A stretch of 63,904 bases of DNA from Rhina ancylostomus (lineage: Eukaryota), in the NCBI GenBank assembly GCA_030265395.1, contig JARFYF010000050.1:21097919-21161822 (forward strand). The letters run 5' to 3'. Positions within the stretch are counted from its first letter, which is position 1. Every line of letters begins with the position of its first letter. Under the pieces are notes generated by a model, which did no database searches, was not told where the DNA came from, and saw only the letters and a list, made by a program, of their open reading frames with translations. A program made the translations under genes and the position numbers. Positions 13,346 through 25,335 of this stretch are shown piece after piece.

Positions 13346-16300
13346 ATCCCATTCTCAGGTGGTTGCACCCTATGAAATGTTGACTGAAGGACAAGAAAAA
13401 CCAAGACCCACTACACCCTATTCTGTCTGAGCCTTTCTAATATGCACCATCCTTTATAACGATCATACCTTTCTTGTTGCAGACTTATCAAACAATGATA
13501 AACGGTTAAAATGCCAAGTACTTAGTAAAAGGACATGTTACTCTTTTTATCCTGATCCATATCTGGGATATCAATTCAGGAGAAATCATTGCAGCAGAAC
13601 AGTTGTTCAGCTGTTTGATTAGACAATTTGGGATGGCCACTAAAGGCCAGAACCTTGCCAGCAACATCTGCATCTCAAGAAAGAATGAAAAAAGCTATGT
13701 GACTTTTTTAAGTAGGATGCTGTTGGATCTGTGCATAATCTTATAATCTGTCATCATTGGCATTAATCTAAAATTTACATAGCAGAGTTGTTTATGGTTA
13801 AATAAATCATAGCCACTATTCCTTAGCATTGCCATTCCAGCCACTGGCATTCTCCTATTGCAACTGGTTCCTTTCCTAGACTAAACCAAACACATTGTGA
13901 GCTGCCTCTAATTAGGCTAAGTAGTTCAGTTGAGAAGCCCTAATTCTTGCTAAGATTTTCAAAGTCCAGCCAAATGTATTGGATTTTCTTCAATCCCATT
14001 ATGCTTTCTAAAGTACATAGAAAAAAATGGGAAACACTCATTGAAAGTTAATGCAACTTCATTTACATAATTTCTTGCTAGAATGTAGCTCATCGTGAAT
14101 TGGAAAGTAATGTTTTGTTGGATTTTAGCTCTAATATATTCTACTCCCTCCCTCATTATAACCATACTCACATCTTGCCCAAGACACTGCTTTCACTTTT
14201 TCTCTGGAAGGAAAATAAGGGTTTCCTTCCAGCATGCATTAGGGCTCTAAACACCACCTCTTCTTCCACACCAGCAAATGCATCCAGACAGACAAAGATC
14301 TATCCAAAAGCCTCGACCATGAAAAGGCTATTCTGTGACTTCCTGTGGAAACCACACTGATTCTTATCCTCACATGGCAACCACCAGGCAGGACTTTGAT
14401 GGCAGGAGAGCGACCCGATGTGTTTCTGATAAACAACCATAAACAGTCATTCATATCCCTGGTGGGTCTGAAAGCCCTGGCTGCTTGCGCTTTCAGGGAG
14501 TTAATGACATGCTTCTCTCCATACCATTGTTTTGTGAGTTTTATCTGATTCTGTTCATACCATCAAGGAGGTATATTAATGACAGCCAAAGAGTGAAAAC
14601 GTTTAGACATCAGTAACATAAATGGTCAGTTGGACATGCGCACATATCACAGAAGTCCCATAACTGAGACCCAAGATCAGCAGGTGACTCACTTACTTCT
14701 CCCTTCTCATATAATAAAACTATCAAACCCATCATCTTGTTGGAGTCTTTCTGCCTTGTTGACTTTACCTCAGGAGCTAGTTTCTGATATCTATCCATTG
14801 CTATTTTTATGTTAAACATTTAAAGATCCCACATTAGTATTTGTTTAAACTTCATGTTAAATCCTGAGTACATGGAGGAGCTATGACCTATGAATGATGA
14901 GGCAATCTCCTTCCAATAATAAAACAGAAACAAAATTGCCTGGTCATGGAGTTGCATTCTTCATCTTATGCCAAGTTATTCATGTAAAGATAACACGATC
15001 ATAATGCACTTTCTTATTTACTGCTGCTTAAATAGTCTTTGCCGATAAGCTGGTGATACTGTAGACTCTGGTATATTTGTACCTACATTGTTTAATGAAT
15101 CAACTCTCATGCCCCTTTCTGTTAGCCCAGTAGTACAGCTGCTAAGATAGGCCTTCAGTTGCTATTTTAAGACAGAACTGCCAGACCCTTCCATCCCAAT
15201 GTGTGTTTGTGATCAACCTGCTTACACATTAGTCTGGTAACCTGGGGAATTAACTAACCGTAGCCGAGCTTTTCACTTTTTGGAAGTGATCAGGAACAAT
15301 TAACAGGGGACATTGTACTTATTTTTAAACTGGCTATTGTCAACCTAATGCAAAGCAGATTTATTGATACCATCAGGGAAAAATTCATGGCTTTCTGGTC
15401 TTTCGCCTGAAGAAAGTGATGTGGAAGAAAACAGGAATATAATCAGAGAAGATAACTTTTTAATAAAAAAAGCAGTAAACCCATCCCTCCATACTCTTAT
15501 AAACAATGCATAAAATCTGCTATGAAGTTGGTATATTGTTCTTCAAGATTTGTGTTCAAAGAAAAATGAATCTATTCCACGCACCAAGGCTTTCTCACTC
15601 TTAAAGGAATCCAGAAGAAGATATTGGTAATTGCTTTAGCCAAAATAAAATCATCTATTTTTTTAAAAAAGAGTTACTTCAGCATTTTTCTGGTTAACTT
15701 TGGCACTCTTAAGAAACAAGCAGTATAGATGAAACATATCACTGTACATAATTAAACCAACATTAGTATCAAATTAACGATACAGACATTGGTCCAAACA
15801 AAACACCATGAAATCACTCGCCTCTTGTTACATAAATATGGGTATTAAGTGAAAAAGCCTACAGAAGACCTATATTACAAATTGCAGTCGAAATTGTGGC
15901 TGTTGGTTCCCATATATGTTCTTGATCTCAGTATTACTATTAAGCATAGTGGCAATATTACAGGGAAATAAAAATGATGCATGACTTTCTTAGGCCCATC
16001 TCTAGGATGTGCAGAGCATTCAAAAACAATTTACATACAAATTTTAGAACCAATTCTGTGTCCTCTTTGGGAAATAGTAGACAGCAATGGAAGATTTTTC
16101 CCCCACTGAGTATCAAAAAAGACACACAGGTACAAATTAAAACATAATGTTTTGTCTTTATGCTCCTATTCATGAACATTAATGACTGTACTGGTGTGCC
16201 AGAGTCAGGAAGACAGACCAGGCATGGCTGAAGGAACCTTAAAATCATTTGGAGTCAAGGCTCATGAATAAAGGACATTTACCTGACTCTTGTGGAAGTC

Positions 16301-16504
16301 TACAAAAGCAACAAGGAATTCAGGACAGAAAGAAATTAATAGATAGAGGAAAATATATACACACATACATATAAACTTTATAAATATGCAGTCCAGCTTA
16401 CCTAGCATCAGTAAGTGCAATATAATCCAGGTAGCTTGCAACCTATTAACTACATAGGTATAGAAAGAAATCCACAGCAACAGAAAAGTCTGAACTGAAC
16501 CTTA

Positions 16505-16650
16505 GAAACACAAGAGACTGAAGATGCTGGAACCTGGAGCAAAAAACAAAATGCTGGAGGAACTGAGCAGGTCAGGTAGCACCTGTGAAGGGAAATAGAC
16601 AGCTGACGTTTTGGGTCTTGTGTGTCTACTTGAAACATCGACTGTTCAAG
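16505..16650 (+). repeat. Penelope-like element terminal repeat
   Basis: AGATGCTGGAACCTGGAGCAAAAAACAAAATGCTGGAGGAACTGAGCAGGTCAGGTAGCACCTGTG; same family as 62670-62855. Confidence 0.75.
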
Positions 16651-16902
16651 ACTGAAATTTTAAAAATAAATTAAAAGTAACAGGACAACTATTCCAATAC
16701 TTTATGCACAAAAAATAAAACTGTATAAAGTAATTATGAAATAAAATGTTTATCAGAAGAAGGTGCTATGACTGGCAAGTGAGTTAATCCTGCGGTATCA
16801 CACTTGCCTCTAAATCAGCCAACTATTTCAGGTAGAAGTCATCTGTCCACATTATTCTCTTGGTGCATTTATAATCATCTGAATTTCCGTTTGTTGACAA
16901 GG

Positions 16903-17105
16903 GAAAATAATCTAGGCTGACACTTCAGTATTATATTAAGGGAGTGCTGCACTGCAAGATGCGCTCTCTTTAATATTAGACCTTGCTCAAGATGGCACCT
17001 GCCGTCAGTTAGTTCATAAACAGTCAGAAACAGTGTTCTGGCAAACATTCATCTCTTGATCAGTACCACTGAAAGAAATTGCTCATTTATCTCCCTGTTG
17101 TTTGA
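16903..17105 (+). mobile_element. DeuSINE-like copy (partial)
   Basis: AATCTAGGCTGACACTTCAGT..AGGGAGTGCTGCACTG core. Confidence 0.7.
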
Positions 17106-17107
17106 AG

Positions 17108-17467
17108 AAAGACAAACAATAGTGCCTTTCCCAGCTTCAGATTGCCTAAAGCACTTTGAAACCTTTTTGAAGTGTAGTTACCACTGTACTATAAGAATCG
17201 CAGCAGCCAGATGATTTGTTTGTGTGAGGGTTAAATGTTGGTCAGGATACTGTTTATAACTCCCATGCTCTTCTTCTTACTGGTATATGATTTTGGAAAA
17301 TCCAACTGAGGCAGCACTTTCAATAGAAATTAGTGCCTTCAACTGTGCAGGACTATTACACTGGAGTGTCAGCCTAGATTTTTGTGCTTAAGTCTAGAGC
17401 TGTACTTGATACTACAAACTTCTTTGTTCCAGGCCAAAATTCTATCAACAGAGCCAAAGCTGACACA
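17108..17467 (-). mobile_element. DeuSINE-like copy
   Basis: TTTTTGAAGTGTAGT; GAGGGTTAAATGTTGGTCAGGA; CACTGGAGTGTCAGCCTAGATTTTTGTGCT; GAGCCAAAGCTGACAC. Confidence 0.8.
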
Positions 17468-18099
17468 AGGGGCCATGCTGCACTCAAAAGGTGGCTGCCG
17501 CTTTACACTCCATTATGGTACTCGCTGCTACGGGCTTTGACTATCCCGAGTTGAAAGCTGCTTTAGAAATGCAAGTTCCTTCTCTCTGTTTCACTTCCAA
17601 ATGTAATGCTGCAAAACATCATATGATGGCAAAGATCAATTCAAGTATGACTAGATTCTACATGACCAATAACCTAATCAGGACCTTCTGCCCTGAATTC
17701 TTGTTGCTTTGGTAGACTTCCACAAAAGTCAGGTAAATGTCCTTTATTCATGAGCCTTGACTCCAAATGATTTTAGGGTTATTTCAACCATGCCTGGTCT
17801 GTCTTCCTGACACTGAACAAAATTATTATACATAGGGATTAAAAAGGGTCTAATTAATTGAGAAATACTGGTAACATTACATTGTATGCAGAGATGCATG
17901 CCTCAGTTTGGACTTCTGTTTTGTCTTAAGCTATGACTGTGATGCTGGGGAATACCAGGCCTAAATGAAAAATAAAAATGTACTAAAGCTCATAAAAGTT
18001 AAAGACATTTTTTAAAAGAAAGTGGTGATCTGATGAAGAACTCAAATGGGGGAGCTATTCATAAAATTCACACTGAGGCCTCACCTTCCATCTTGAAGA

Positions 18100-19620
18100 G
18101 ATTAATTGCTAGTCACCTCCAGTCTGAGGAACAACAGGCACACTATTCGTCTTGTACCATGAACGTCAGGTTGGATGTACCAACAGAAAGGATAAACCAC
18201 AGTCAAGGTAACACTAGAAAAGCTATGTGGATTTCCGAATTCACCACAATCAGAAAAGTATTATGTTCTGCAATTGCAAAAGCAAATATAATAATTTCAA
18301 AGTTCCAAATGCAGGATCCAAAATGATGGCCACAGGCTACATAAGATCATTTGTATGGTTTATGAAGTTATTTGTCTCCAGTCCTCCTTAAGGAAGCTAT
18401 AACTCTCTTTCCAATCTTTTTAGAGGTGAAGTCTCATCTTTATATGAAAGAGGCATCCAATTGCTGCAGGCCATTTATCAATATCCTTGGAGCCATCAAA
18501 ATGCCATCATTCTATTGCAGTCCACAGTACCAGCTGCATTTGAACCACAACAGTAAACCAAAGGGTGACAGGACTACTATTAGTTGATGATAAGGCTAAT
18601 GAATCTGTTGCAGTCCATGCTCCTATGCTGAAGGTCATGCTACTGCATGAAATATGCTAAAGCAAACCATATGCATATTTTCACTGACTGAACAGTGGGG
18701 ATGCCCACAGCAGCTGTCAAAGTGGGTGTCAACATTTGGAATGGCTTTACACTCAAGAGAAGATAGACCTTATCAACAGGCAGTAAGTGACCAGCTGGGA
18801 AGCAGAAACATGAGGAGGAAGAGGAAGGAGGAAAGGAAGAGGTAACTTTGACAGCTTCTTTCTGCTTGGACAGTCAGCACCAATATCCTAAACCCTAATT
18901 CACCATTCTCAGTGGGTCTACCTCTTAACTTTCTTCAATCATTCACCATCAGAATACATTGTGAAGATAAACACCACCAAATAAAGACAAGCACTCCAAG
19001 CTCACAGCAATCAATAACGTTTGTGTATATCCATCATATCTGTCCAATACCTTCCCCTGTCCCAGTCCAATCCCAATGGCTGGTAGAAGGCTGCTAATCT
19101 GCAGTGGAGCTAACCGTACGTGGCCATGGAGGACAACCTCAACCAACCCAGAGTTGATAAGATCTGGGAAGTATCTTGGAATGGGGTGTAGCAATGTGCG
19201 TTGGCTGGCATGCCAGAGAACAGATGGAATGACAGAGGATGATTGCTGTCTTACTGGGATAGGACAACAGGTTTGTGCGCCATGGAGTTGTTGCCATGAC
19301 ACTATGACAGCGTTTCTGCAAAGCTCATAACTGGATAGAGGACTGCTGTCACATCCTGCACACCCTTTAATGCACTGTGATCAGCAGGCATGAAAGCAAC
19401 AAGCTGACTTTATTTAGAATCAGTCTGATGTCCCATTGCAGTACCCAGAAATGGTATGGCTGCTGCTTGTGTCACATGGAAACTTTAACATTGCACATCA
19501 AGTACTGTACCAAGTACATGAAGAGAGGTGGCCACCACATTCACAGCGAGGGTGGGCTACAGGTTCTTTAAAATCCCCGTGTTAAGTTGATGTAAGACTC
19601 CCCCACACTCTTCAACATTT
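18100..19620 (+). mobile_element. PIF/Harbinger DNA transposon relic (DDE transposase pseudogene ~18130-18870, +; possible second gene remnant to ~19620)
   Basis: YPWSHQNAIILLQSTVPAAFEP (~18482) resembles YPGSxHDAFILRQS. GD..Y..*LM follows, then YAEGHATA*NMLKQTICIF (~18625) resembling YNxxHxxTRNxIEQTIGxL, then a purine-rich acidic tail. Confidence 0.7.
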
Positions 19621-19639
19621 AATGCAGGAATTCCATCAA

Positions 19640-19845
19640 TAGTGAAGTGAGTGAATTATCAGGGAAATGGATAGGTGCTAATCAAGCAGGGTTTTTTTCC
19701 TGGGTGATGTCAAGTTTCTTTTATGGAACTGCTCTCATTCAAGCATTTTGAAGACTACTCCTTCAGACTCCTGACTTGCACCAGGTAGTTGGTGCAAATG
19801 CTTTGGATGGGTAGGAGGTGATTCGCCCACCAGGCAAGCAGTTCC
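19640..19845 (-). mobile_element. Fragment of the same LINE family as 1-2700
   Basis: GGAACTGCTCTCATTCAAG...ACTCCTGACTTGCACC is the reverse-complement counterpart of ~2500-2600. Confidence 0.55.
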
Positions 19846-19867
19846 CGTAGTTACACAAGAACACACT

Positions 19868-20178
19868 AAAATGGGAGCAGGTGTAGGTCACCTGGCCCCT
19901 CCAGCCTGCCCCACCATTCAATATGATCACAGCTGATCCATGCTGGTCTCAACCCCTCTTCTGTGCTAGTTCCCCTAACCCTCAATTCCTCAGTCTATCA
20001 AATATTTATCTACCTCCATATTTAATGATCTGGCCTCCACCACCCTCAGGGACAGAGAATTCCAGAGATTCACTTCCCTCTGAGAAAAGAAACTTCAAAA
20101 CACTTCCATTATAAATAACTGGCCCCTTACTTTACAGCTATGTCCCCTTGTTCATGACTCTCCCACTAGTGAAAACAA
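19868..20178 (-). mobile_element. CR1 LINE 3' fragment
   Basis: GGAGCAGGTGTAGGTCACCTGGCCCCTCCAGCCTGCCCCACCATTCAATATGATC tail; AGAGAATTCCAGAGATTCAC corresponds to VNLWNSL on the minus strand. Confidence 0.85.
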
Positions 20179-23100
20179 TTACGGTATTCAAATGCTTGGT
20201 AACATTAAGCTTCCTAACAACTGTGACAACCATGCCGTTGATTTTCTGTATGTTTTAATAAAATTAATTCTATCTAGTTTGATGGGTCTAAAATACCAAA
20301 TTACCAGTGTTTAAAATATCTAGAATAAAATTAGCAAAGAGCGGAAATGGCTTCAGGAACTTCACTTTTCTTTTGAAGTCCATTTCCTCCCTGATGCTTT
20401 CTGGAGTTCTGGAATATCAAATGTGGTAAAAATCTTTTTAATGTTTTGAGCAATATGCAGAACACTCAATAATACCTCAATATTTATTGCAGGAACTTAT
20501 AACAGCATCACACATGAAATAAAATTCAATCTCCTGCTTGACTGTCAGATCAATAAACAATGGAAATTAATGGTCATTTCCCCCTTGATAGCTGTATTAT
20601 AATCCATAGGCTGGATCTGCTTAACCCAACACACAGCCCACATTGAACCTTGTGCTAAACCTACGACAGTACTCACCTACAATGGCATTGGCTCTACTGC
20701 AAGACTGAGTGGGCCACAGCCATTGGTGTTAAGGGTAGTGAAACATGAGGCCCAGCAATCAGCAACAATGAGATTTCGCAGCTGCCAGAAGGAATTTTCG
20801 TCATTTTTTTAAATATATAAAAGTCTTTTATGTTCAAAGACTTTTAGAAAGCATAAATTAATTTAAATATATTAAAATAAAAAAATTGTAACTGATTTAC
20901 TTAAAGACATTTAATCTATTATAAACTTATTAAAAACATAAAGAAAATGAACCTAAACTTACTTTATAATGAAGGTCGACAACTCGATTTAAATGAATGG
21001 GCTGATAGCATGCAAGGCTGACATGAAGCTGATGGGCCGAATAGATGTACATCCAGCCATTCACGGACTGGAGCTGCAGGATTGCTGCTGCACTCAGTGA
21101 GTGGGAGGTCAGCTGTGCAGGAAGATAACCCTCAACGTCCCCAGAGCAGTGTCCAACTGATCTCAGCGTCAGGACGGAGGGCGGAGCTCCCCTCAGACTC
21201 GATTTTAGAGTACGATTTTGGAATATTTGAAATTCATTCCTTAAACAGTCCTGGCAGACGCACCGATTCTGAATTCTTTCTTTTAAGCAAATCTCCAACA
21301 TTTTAATGATCCATGCATAAATTAACAGTTTTACCAAAAAAAAGTGCAACAGAAAACCCAAAACTTTATTTCCTCAATGTAAGTCTTTGATTATACTGTG
21401 TGTACCTGAAGGATGAAAAGTTGGTTGAATTTTTGTGAGCAACTATGTATAGAGGTTTTCAATTTGCTGACTGTGCAAATTCTTTTATATTTCTTTGCAT
21501 AGAATTTCACTACTTCCTCGCTAAAACAATGCCTGTCCTTGCTCAACAGTGCCATTGTTATTCAGTCCTCGCTACAGAAGAGAATGAATAAAACAGGAAT
21601 ATCACTCAAAGGCCCTTCTCCTTTGCCCCATCCAAAATGGGGTGTCTCATTTGTTCTGAATTGACCCATTCCACTCAACTCAGATACCCAGGTCCAAGGA
21701 CCCAGCACCTTTCTGTTTTAAAGTATTAAAGCAAGCTACTGCATTCTGGAACAAACATTTATTTTAATGCGTTTTCCATCATGGCTGAAGTTTTCTCACA
21801 AAAGTGGAACTGCAGTTTTAATATACCACTGAGAATGAAGGCTTTGTTTGATTTAATTATCTCCTCATTCCTGTGAAATATATAACATTTGGAAGATACC
21901 ATTTGTTAATACTACCTGCCTGATGGATTAACCCCCTGAGCATTTAAGAAGTATTATTTTCTGTAATATCCTATAAGATCAATAATGAATGTCTTGGAAA
22001 TTGATTTCTCCTAATTATAATGAAGAACTATATTTTAAAGCAGTATTTTGAAACAACTAAGAACAATATCAGGCTTTGCTGAGAATATGTGTGTATTAGT
22101 ATTCAAAAACTGCGTCTATTCAAATAGCAGGGGAGTATGTAGAACAGTAACTAAACTCATATAAGCCTGAATGTCACAGCACCAAAACTTCAATAATGTT
22201 AGATGTATATAATGAGAGCTTTGATAAAGTAAAGCTGGTCTTGCAATGGCACAGATGAGAATTTTGACATGCTTGCAAGACAGACATGTGGGATGGGTTA
22301 TTCTCATAACTTACACTGCTGTAAATTTAAGATTGCATAAACTTTCCGTCTAAACCACCAAGAAGATAAAATTCCCCTGAGGGAAAAGAGGAAATTTGGA
22401 GGAAGGTACACTGCATGCACATTTCCCATTTGAGCAGCTATTAACAAGGCCAATCAAATACTGAACCAGATAGCTGACACAGTAAAAAACAAGTCAGAGG
22501 AAGTCATGTCCAAAGTACAGGGTGGTCTGGTCACATTTCGAGAAGTAATGCCTCCAGTCTGACCATGAGGGAGACATTCGAGACCTGGAGATTTTTCAAA
22601 TGGGGATTGATTCCTCCAAGGGCTGTGATAAGTGCAACAATTGCAATTGAGGTGACCAGTGGATAACATCAAAGCATACATGATGGCAAACAACACTGAA
22701 GTTACTTTAGACTATATTGTGAGAATAGAACAAGTGAAACAAATGTTGAAGCTCACAAATTAGAACTGATGTCATGATTTTCTGCTCCATGCAGGGAGTT
22801 CAAGTAGAGGGAAAAATCACAGAGTTGGATTCCATACTGTGGGTTTAGTAGCACCTTTTAGATGGAGAAGTTAAGATAAGTTTTATGGCTTTCCCGTGTG
22901 TATTTGCCTTGTAAGCTGGAGAAAGTACCCTGGGACTTTTAAAAAATGTTTTATAAATGCAAGCTATTCTTTCCTGCCTTCCCACATCTTCAAAGAGGAA
23001 TTGTAAAATGTGGGGAATGAAAACTAATTACAGAACATTGTGGAAAAAATCTTTAACAATCTTCTTTATCTTTGAAATTATTTTGTACAAATATTGATAC

Positions 23101-25119
23101 AAGAAACCTTAACAAATTTATTTGAAATTGAAATTCCTTTGTTTGCTAATTTGTTTCAAAACAGTTAACATCTTCATTAAAGTGATGGATAAATAAAAAG
23201 ATTATATGAACATGAGAAGTGCTTATATACTACTGTTCACATTGATTTTATTCTTACTACTTCTGTGAATTCCGTGTCAGTTTCCTTTNNNNNNNNNNNN
23301 NNNNNNNNNNNNNNNNNNNNNNNNNNNNNNNNNNNNNNNNNNNNNNNNNNNNNNNNNNNNNNNNNNNNNNNNNNNNNNNNNNNNNNNNNNNNNNNNNNNN
23401 NNNNNNNNNNNNNNNNNNNNNNNNNNNNNNNNNNNNNNNNNNNNNNNNNNNNNNNNNNNNNNNNNNNNNNNNNNNNNNNNNNNNNNNNNNNNNNNNNNNN
23501 NNNNNNNNNNNNNNNNNNNNNNNNNNNNNNNNNNNNNNNNNNNNNNNNNNNNNNNNNNNNNNNNNNNNNNNNNNNNNNNNNNNNNNNNNNNNNNNNNNNN
23601 NNNNNNNNNNNNNNNNNNNNNNNNNNNNNNNNNNNNNNNNNNNNNNNNNNNNNNNNNNNNNNNNNNNNNNNNNNNNNNNNNNNNNNNNNNNNNNNNNNNN
23701 NNNNNNNCTCCTTCCACACAACATAACTTGCATACATTTTGCAACATCACTATTAAAAATTAGGGTTGAAATGGATTGTTTTAACCAGCTTACTAATGCT
23801 TCCATCAACAAAGTAAATAAACATTAAACCCAGAAGCAACTACTTGTTAGGCAGTTGTTATGCACTAATAGTGGCCCCTTGTGAAATGCAGTGTAAAATC
23901 AATGTCAGATTGGACTAACTGCTCTAATGCAGGCAATTAGTCATATTTCTTTGGACAAAATTCAAATATGCTTGAGAACTCCTGCTGATGAATCTATTTG
24001 ACACAAGATAATTGTCACATACAAAACAATCATTTAATTCAAATGTACCAATTCACTTTCCATTAACTCCTATTGCTGGAGTTCCTGATCCAGTAATAAA
24101 TTTTTTCCATGATCCAGGCATTTTGTTGTTTCGTAATGTGCATATTGCCAATCTGTCATGACAGACATATTTTATTAATTGTATTATTTTACTCAATCTC
24201 CACTATGTAATAAGGCATGTTAATGAATTAAATGACATATTAATTGGGTATTTGTAAAAACGAATAGCCAATACAAAATTGTAGGTGACTCTTTAAGAAT
24301 GCATCCACATTGTTACAAAATGGTTTTGCCAAGCTAAACTTGTTTTTTAAATCTTGCATCAAAACAAGTAGCCTGAAGTTACTTCGGCTGGGGAGTCCTA
24401 TTCCCTTTGTTCAATATTTAGTCATGTCCTGTATAAGCATCAATAGAAATGTGCACACGTGTAATGATGTATTTCAAATGTTCTTTTGTTATTGCTCTCT
24501 TGAACCACTTTTGTTTCTGGTGTACTCAAGCTGTGTAGTGAATATCTTAGGACTTTCCTTATTTCAAGGTTATGTTGGCTTAGTATAGCAAAAGTATGAA
24601 GATCTGAGGGAAGGTAAAGGACTGAAAATCAATAATAAGTTTAGATACTCTATATAATAATTGTATAAGTATTGAAATAAAACCTGGTTCGGGGAAAAAA
24701 AATAGTAATTAATTTGAAGTTAAATTAAGGTTTGGTTAATATCAATTCTTTAGATTTGGACAACAATTTTTTTTGTTTATGCATCTTAGCATGTTTAATA
24801 GACTTTGCTGAAATATATTTCTAAATCTTTAACATGGATATATATTGGAGGCTTGGTGATATATTAAACTTGGGGAATGGCTTATTCTATCTCATTATTC
24901 ATTTGTCCTTCTGTCTTGTTCCATTTCAAACTTTGAAGCACTTGTACAGAGCTCTGATCATATCAATGAGGTTGTGTGCCTTCACAATAACAATTTAATT
25001 TAACTGTGACACTTGTGAATCTTCCATAGGGAAATATAGTTGACCCCAGATAAACATATTTGTAAAACAAAGTAACTTTGCAAAAATGTAGGTTGGCTCC
25101 ACAAAACCATACAAGGCTT

Positions 25120-25335
25120 CAATTGTGTAATGGTTATGGCTCTGGACCAGCATTCCAAAGATCAGGAGTTCAAATCACATGATGTGTTGTAATTTGCATT
25201 GAATGAATATAATTATTAAAAACTCTCAATCTGTTGTACAGTTGAAATGTCCTTCAGGAGTCTACCACCTCAACTTGGTCTATATGTGACTAAATACATT
25301 ATTGTTTTTTATGTAAGGTGGTCAATAAATATCAT
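25120..25335 (+). mobile_element. Decayed tRNA-headed SINE (same family as 44540-44840)
   Basis: GTGTAATGGTTATG...GAGTTCAAATC (B-box-like)...ATGTCCTTCAGG...GGTCTATATGTGACT. Confidence 0.5.
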
